IMG/VR virus record: IMGVR_UViG_3300005826_000294
Span: 237,684-301,683 of that record
DNA: 64,000 nt
Strand: one strand, 5' to 3'
In this document: piece after piece, positions 60,510-64,000 of the stretch
Layout: every line of letters starts with the position of its first letter
Numbering within the stretch: position 1 is the first letter of the stretch
The notes under the pieces: model-generated
Seen by the model: only the letters and a program-made list of their open reading frames with translations
The model's database searches: none
Told to the model about the DNA's origin: nothing
Program-made: the position numbers and the translations under genes

Positions 60510-60710
60510 CTAAAATAACTCCATTTTAACTATATGATTAGGATTTATAGCCCTACAATATGATTCAATTTCATAAAATGTATTTTTTCTTAAACATTTT
60601 TCAACTTCTAACTTTACAACATTAAAAGCATTATAACTACTATCCGCCTCTTTTTTTATAAATTCTATTTTTCCTATTGATAAATACAACATAATCTTAT
60701 ATTTCTTCAT
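60510..60710 (-). CDS. Hypothetical protein
   Basis: 66-aa coupled ORF. Confidence 0.55.
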   Translation of the reverse strand: MKKYKIMLYLSIGKIEFIKKEADSSYNAFNVVKLEVEKCLRKNTFYEIESYCRAINPNHIVKMELF

Positions 60711-61006
60711 CAGTTTTTTACCTTATTCTTCTTATTAAGAACTTTTCTTCTAAAAGATTTTATTTCCTCCTCCGACATTCCTAGTGCCTCTTCTATCATT
60801 TTCTCTCTATCTTTTAACAAATTAGAGATCTTTATAGCAACTTCTCGCATTTCCTTATACCATATTTGTCTTGTTGATTTATCTGAATATGCGAGAGCCA
60901 TAATTGTAGTAGCAATAGTATGAATCTCTTCTTCCGACATTTTATGCTCGTTCTCAAATTCATTTAATAAAACCTGCAATTTTACTCTTAAATCTTCTTT
61001 TCCCAT
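60710..61006 (-). CDS. Hypothetical protein
   Basis: 98-aa coupled ORF. Confidence 0.6.
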   Translation of the reverse strand: MGKEDLRVKLQVLLNEFENEHKMSEEEIHTIATTIMALAYSDKSTRQIWYKEMREVAIKISNLLKDREKMIEEALGMSEEEIKSFRRKVLNKKNKVKN

Positions 61007-61007
61007 A

Positions 61008-61307
61008 TTACCTCTCTTTTAAATCACCAAATAATTTCATATCTATCGGCCATATTTCACATTTCTTTAACCCCATAGGCGCCCTAATTGTTATTCCTGA
61101 GCGCCTCTTAATTATAATGGTCTTATAAAATCTATATTTTTTGGTTCTATAATCGTGATCGCATTTTATTAATAGTTTTATAGAAACAGATGAATACGGA
61201 TTGAAAACTTTTAGCTCCGTATATTTAGGTGATACATGTGGAAGAAAACAAAAAACTATTAACCCTAATACTTTCTTATCCATAATGGAACTTCCCTCTT
61301 TTTCCAT
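61008..61307 (-). CDS. Hypothetical, possibly secreted small protein
   Basis: MDKKVLGLIVFCFLP is signal-like if the second Met is the start. Confidence 0.55.
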   Translation of the reverse strand: MEKEGSSIMDKKVLGLIVFCFLPHVSPKYTELKVFNPYSSVSIKLLIKCDHDYRTKKYRFYKTIIIKRRSGITIRAPMGLKKCEIWPIDMKLFGDLKER

Positions 61308-61735
61308 GAAAATAAATGCTTCTTATCTCTAATATAATAATTTCTATATGCCTTAATGGGATCTTTATCTTTTAGATCATCAGGAAGTGCCTGAGCAAAT
61401 GGTGTTAAACCTATATCTGGAATCTCTGGAAGATTATCTTTACACCATTCTACAACTCTTTGGGATTTATGTATCTTTTCATATCTATAAGTGTATTCAT
61501 AACATATTTCCATAGTATAATCACATAACCATAAATAATTAGATAGAGATGCTCTGCTCCATTTGGCAGATGGATGGTTTTTATGAGTAAGTTTATATGG
61601 AATATCTTTACCTCCTGAAATGTGATGAACTCCACATAATAATTGGCTCTGTTCTAATATCATTTTTACTACATGGCGATCTACATTATATTGGGCAGAA
61701 AGTTTCTTGTTCTCATCTAAAATAAATATATTCAT
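61265..61735 (-). CDS. Pyrimidine-dimer glycosylase / endonuclease V-like family protein
   Basis: MNIFILD...DRHVVKMILEQSQLL...YKLTHKNHPSAKW...NYLWL...TPFAQALP...AYRNYY; family recalled from phage annotations. Confidence 0.65.
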   Translation of the reverse strand: MNIFILDENKKLSAQYNVDRHVVKMILEQSQLLCGVHHISGGKDIPYKLTHKNHPSAKWSRASLSNYLWLCDYTMEICYEYTYRYEKIHKSQRVVEWCKDNLPEIPDIGLTPFAQALPDDLKDKDPIKAYRNYYIRDKKHLFSWKKREVPLWIRKY

Positions 61736-61736
61736 A

Positions 61737-62153
61737 TTATTTTCCGCAGTTTACGCAAACATTATAGTTTTGCGAAAACCCTTTAATTTCCTTTGTTGGA
61801 GAATTACACCAATAACATATATCTCTTCCATTATTATTTTCAGGCTCTTCGTCAAAATTAAAAGTAGTTTGATCAAGTATTGGCCTTTTTCTTGATGAAC
61901 TTTCTGATATACAACTCCATAGATTTTTTCCTACATATTTATATATAACTTTCTGTATTCCATCTTCTAATAAAATAATTTGAACAATATATCCAAAGTT
62001 TATTTTATTAAAAAACTCTATTGCTCCACTTTGTATTATATAATCTCCCGATGTTCCCTGTACTTGTAAAACACCATTAACATATACATTTAAATTAAAT
62101 GGGTCTATCATAGAATTAAATATTTTTTTTGGTATTGGTAATCTCATATTCAT
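61737..62153 (-). CDS. Hypothetical protein with C-terminal Zn ribbon
   Basis: CYWC...CVNC. Confidence 0.6.
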   Translation of the reverse strand: MNMRLPIPKKIFNSMIDPFNLNVYVNGVLQVQGTSGDYIIQSGAIEFFNKINFGYIVQIILLEDGIQKVIYKYVGKNLWSCISESSSRKRPILDQTTFNFDEEPENNNGRDICYWCNSPTKEIKGFSQNYNVCVNCGK

Positions 62154-62163
62154 TTCTTCTCCT

Positions 62164-62346
62164 TTATTTAAGCTTTATTGGCTCTATCCATTTATTACAT
62201 TGTAAACAACCGACTCTTGATAAAAAAACTTCATCTGAAGGAATTCGTATCAATCTTACGCTTCCACAAAATAGACATTCTTTTTCATCAAAAATGCCTA
62301 CTCTTTTATATATATGACCATCTTTTATTATATATTTTTTTTCCAT
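62164..62346 (-). CDS. Small Zn-ribbon protein
   Basis: CLFC...CLQC. Confidence 0.55.
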   Translation of the reverse strand: MEKKYIIKDGHIYKRVGIFDEKECLFCGSVRLIRIPSDEVFLSRVGCLQCNKWIEPIKLK

Positions 62347-62400
62347 TTTTTTTACCTTATATTTATTAATTATTGGATGATTTTTTTTTCTTTACACTTA

Positions 62401-62768
62401 GCACACCATACCTTAAACTTGGACATTTTTACCAAGTCTTTTGGGTTTGTACGAGGCACCGTAGGGACCTCGAAGAAATCGCTGACATATATTAGTGGCA
62501 GCATTTTAACCAATCTTGCTTGTTATCTATCCAAATCACCTTTCTGTTTCTATTCATGGCTGGATACTCTACAATAAATTGCTATGTCGTCTGTTTGCTC
62601 TTCGTCTTCAAATCCCTACATTGCTTCTATTTCGGAGAGCAAATATCTACGATACCCGCCAATTGTTTTTTGAGGAGAGATCTTACCATCAGACTCTCAT
62701 CTGCGAAGCGTTTTGGGATCTACACCCAATAGTTCTGTGGCTTCTTTTATGATGATGAGTTTATTCAT
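62401..62768 (-). mobile_element. Degenerate, internally deleted IS607-family element: tnpA 5' pseudogene joined to the tnpB 3' tip and right-end hairpins
   Basis: From ATG 62768: MNKLIIIKEATELLGVDPKTLRR*ESDGKISPQKTIGGYRRYLLSEIEAM*GFEDEEQTDDIAIYCRVSSHE*KQKGDLDR*QARLV (MerR-like HTH plus serine-recombinase YxRVS). Then, in another frame from 62505, NAATNI...* (TnpB-like C-terminal motif). Confidence 0.85.
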
Positions 62769-63081
62769 TGAACTCACTATATGGCAAATTGAATATAAAA
62801 TTTATTTCTTCTTCTGATAAATTAGGAGAAATATCAATTAAACTATCTCCAACCTTAACTTTAATACTATATGTAGAGTATCTCTGTCCATCAAGAACAT
62901 ATTTGGGTGCTCGACTCATCAATAGAATAATTTTTTGCCTGATTTTTTGTGAATAATTTTCTTCGATGGATTTACGGAATTGTTCGTAATTGTTATGCTT
63001 GATAGCAAATTTTCTAATGTAGTTTAATATATTTTCTATTGAGATATTATCACTCATGTTTAACTCCACCGATGGCTTCAA
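62761..63081 (-). CDS. Hypothetical protein; 3' end may be the IS left end
   Basis: 106-aa ORF whose stop overlaps the tnpA ATG. Confidence 0.55.
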   Translation of the reverse strand: MKPSVELNMSDNISIENILNYIRKFAIKHNNYEQFRKSIEENYSQKIRQKIILLMSRAPKYVLDGQRYSTYSIKVKVGDSLIDISPNLSEEEINFIFNLPYSEFNE

Positions 63082-64000
63082 ATATTTTAACAGCGATTTG
63101 CTTTATAACAGGAACACATACAGAATTACCAAATTGTTTATATGCTTGTGTGTCACTTACTGGAATTACGAATGACTCTGGAAATCCCTGAAGTCGAGCA
63201 CATTCTCTAGGTGTCAATTTTCTAGGAGTATGTTTATGAGGAACTTTTACTAAAATTTCAGAACCATCTTTATAGTACCTAGCGGATAATGTGGCAGTGT
63301 AATTACTATCTTTAGTAACAATCTGATATCCAAAACCCTTCCCATTTTGTTTGTTGCGTTCCTTTCGTTCCTTGTGAGATGTCCATAACCGTTTCGATAT
63401 ACGATATTTTTTATCTACATTTTTATCTAAAATATCACCAACAACTGTTTGTGTTTCAAACGAATCCGGAAAAACAAAATTATTATATCTCTCTTGGTCT
63501 AAAAAACCAACTATATAAAGACGCCTTCTGTTTTGGGGAACACCAAAATCTTTGCCACTAAGTATTTCATACTTAACATGGTATCCAAGATTGTTAAGAG
63601 TATCTAAAATTACTTTAAATGTATTTCCACCATCATGATTTTTCAATCCAACCACATTCTCTAAAAACACAACTTTTGGTTTTTTATTTTCTATAATTTT
63701 GGCTACATCGAAAAATAACGTGCCCCTTGTATCTTCAAATCCTAATTTTTTTCCAGCGTGAGAAAACGCTTGACAAGGAAACCCAGCACATAAAATATCA
63801 TGATCTGGCACATCACTAGCATTTATTTTTGTTATATCTCCATATGGATTATCACCAAAATTCTTTTCATAAGTTTTAACAGCAAATTTGTCCCACTCAG
63901 ATGAAAATACATATTTCGTCTCTAAAGACATTTGTTGAGCCGCCAAATGAAAACCAAGCCTAATTCCACCAATGCCAGCAAATAAATCTATTAACCTCAT
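63050..64000 (-). CDS. C5 cytosine DNA methyltransferase, probably CCNGG/CCWGG family
   Basis: Motif I DLFAGIGG, IV GFPCQAFS, VI ENV, VIII QNRRR, X FGNSV; TRD segment GKGFGY...TLSARYYKDGSEIL, which I recall from SsoII/Dcm-type enzymes. Confidence 0.92.
   Translation of the reverse strand: MRLIDLFAGIGGIRLGFHLAAQQMSLETKYVFSSEWDKFAVKTYEKNFGDNPYGDITKINASDVPDHDILCAGFPCQAFSHAGKKLGFEDTRGTLFFDVAKIIENKKPKVVFLENVVGLKNHDGGNTFKVILDTLNNLGYHVKYEILSGKDFGVPQNRRRLYIVGFLDQERYNNFVFPDSFETQTVVGDILDKNVDKKYRISKRLWTSHKERKERNKQNGKGFGYQIVTKDSNYTATLSARYYKDGSEILVKVPHKHTPRKLTPRECARLQGFPESFVIPVSDTQAYKQFGNSVCVPVIKQIAVKIFEAIGGVKHE

Noticed and set aside
35681-61307. Paralogy between the two small secreted-like proteins (35681..36058 and 61008..61307)
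   Set aside because: Only similar size and composition; no convincing alignment by eye.
62314-62752. Plus-strand ORFs 62314..62577, 62516..62752 and 62520..62732, or a novel ncRNA in this GC-richer patch
   Set aside because: Explained by the minus-strand IS607 remnant.
248-63561. Short plus-strand ORFs in the track, and minus-strand ORFs inside the 1393-aa gene
   Set aside because: Antisense shadows of well-supported genes, with hydrophobic low-complexity translations and no motifs.
1-64000. Stop-codon reassignment (TAG=Gln), suggested by two in-frame TAGs in the IS remnant
   Set aside because: The remnant also has TGA and TAA. Long conserved genes are intact under code 11, and TAG ends recA, 6631..6939, 60510..60710 and the tmRNA tag.
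1-64000. CRISPR array, tRNA or rRNA genes
   Set aside because: No repeat-spacer periodicity or tRNA cloverleaf seen by eye other than the tmRNA ends. The Cas4-like nuclease has no cas neighbours.
55947-64000. HNH nuclease plus C5 methyltransferase as a restriction-modification pair
   Set aside because: About 6.5 kb apart with unrelated genes between; the HNH resembles a common stand-alone family.

Overview
Very AT-rich, gene-dense window with almost every gene on the minus strand; the only long plus-strand gene is the 1393-aa ORF at 51147-55328. It reads best as part of a jumbo/huge bacteriophage genome, but this is inference because no capsid, portal or large terminase is recognisable here. 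It combines T4-like functions (gp32-like SSB, Rad50/Mre11 pair, dNMP kinase, dCMP deaminase, dUTPase, free-standing homing-endonuclease-like genes, C5 methyltransferase) with a bacterial-type replisome: DnaE with a 438-aa LAGLIDADG intein, RecA, GyrB, FtsK motor, RNase HII, and a primase split into two distant genes. Host-like genes include a complete tmRNA (tag (A)GEQEYAMAA), Pth2, EF-Ts, trigger factor, DnaJ, YqeY, PurF, PyrD, IscS and CysC. The most interesting unexplained structures are: three coupled genes sharing a near-identical 48-nt 5' cassette (MKIRNGFVSNSSSSSF); a YacG gyrase inhibitor three genes upstream of the element's own gyrB; an internally deleted IS607 remnant missed by the ORF track (tnpA stump plus tnpB tail and hairpins); a shared 21-aa KLA-D motif in unknown proteins; modular Zn-repeat nucleases with 5, 6 and 2 repeats; and a candidate promoter motif. 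All family assignments come from motif recognition, not database searches.
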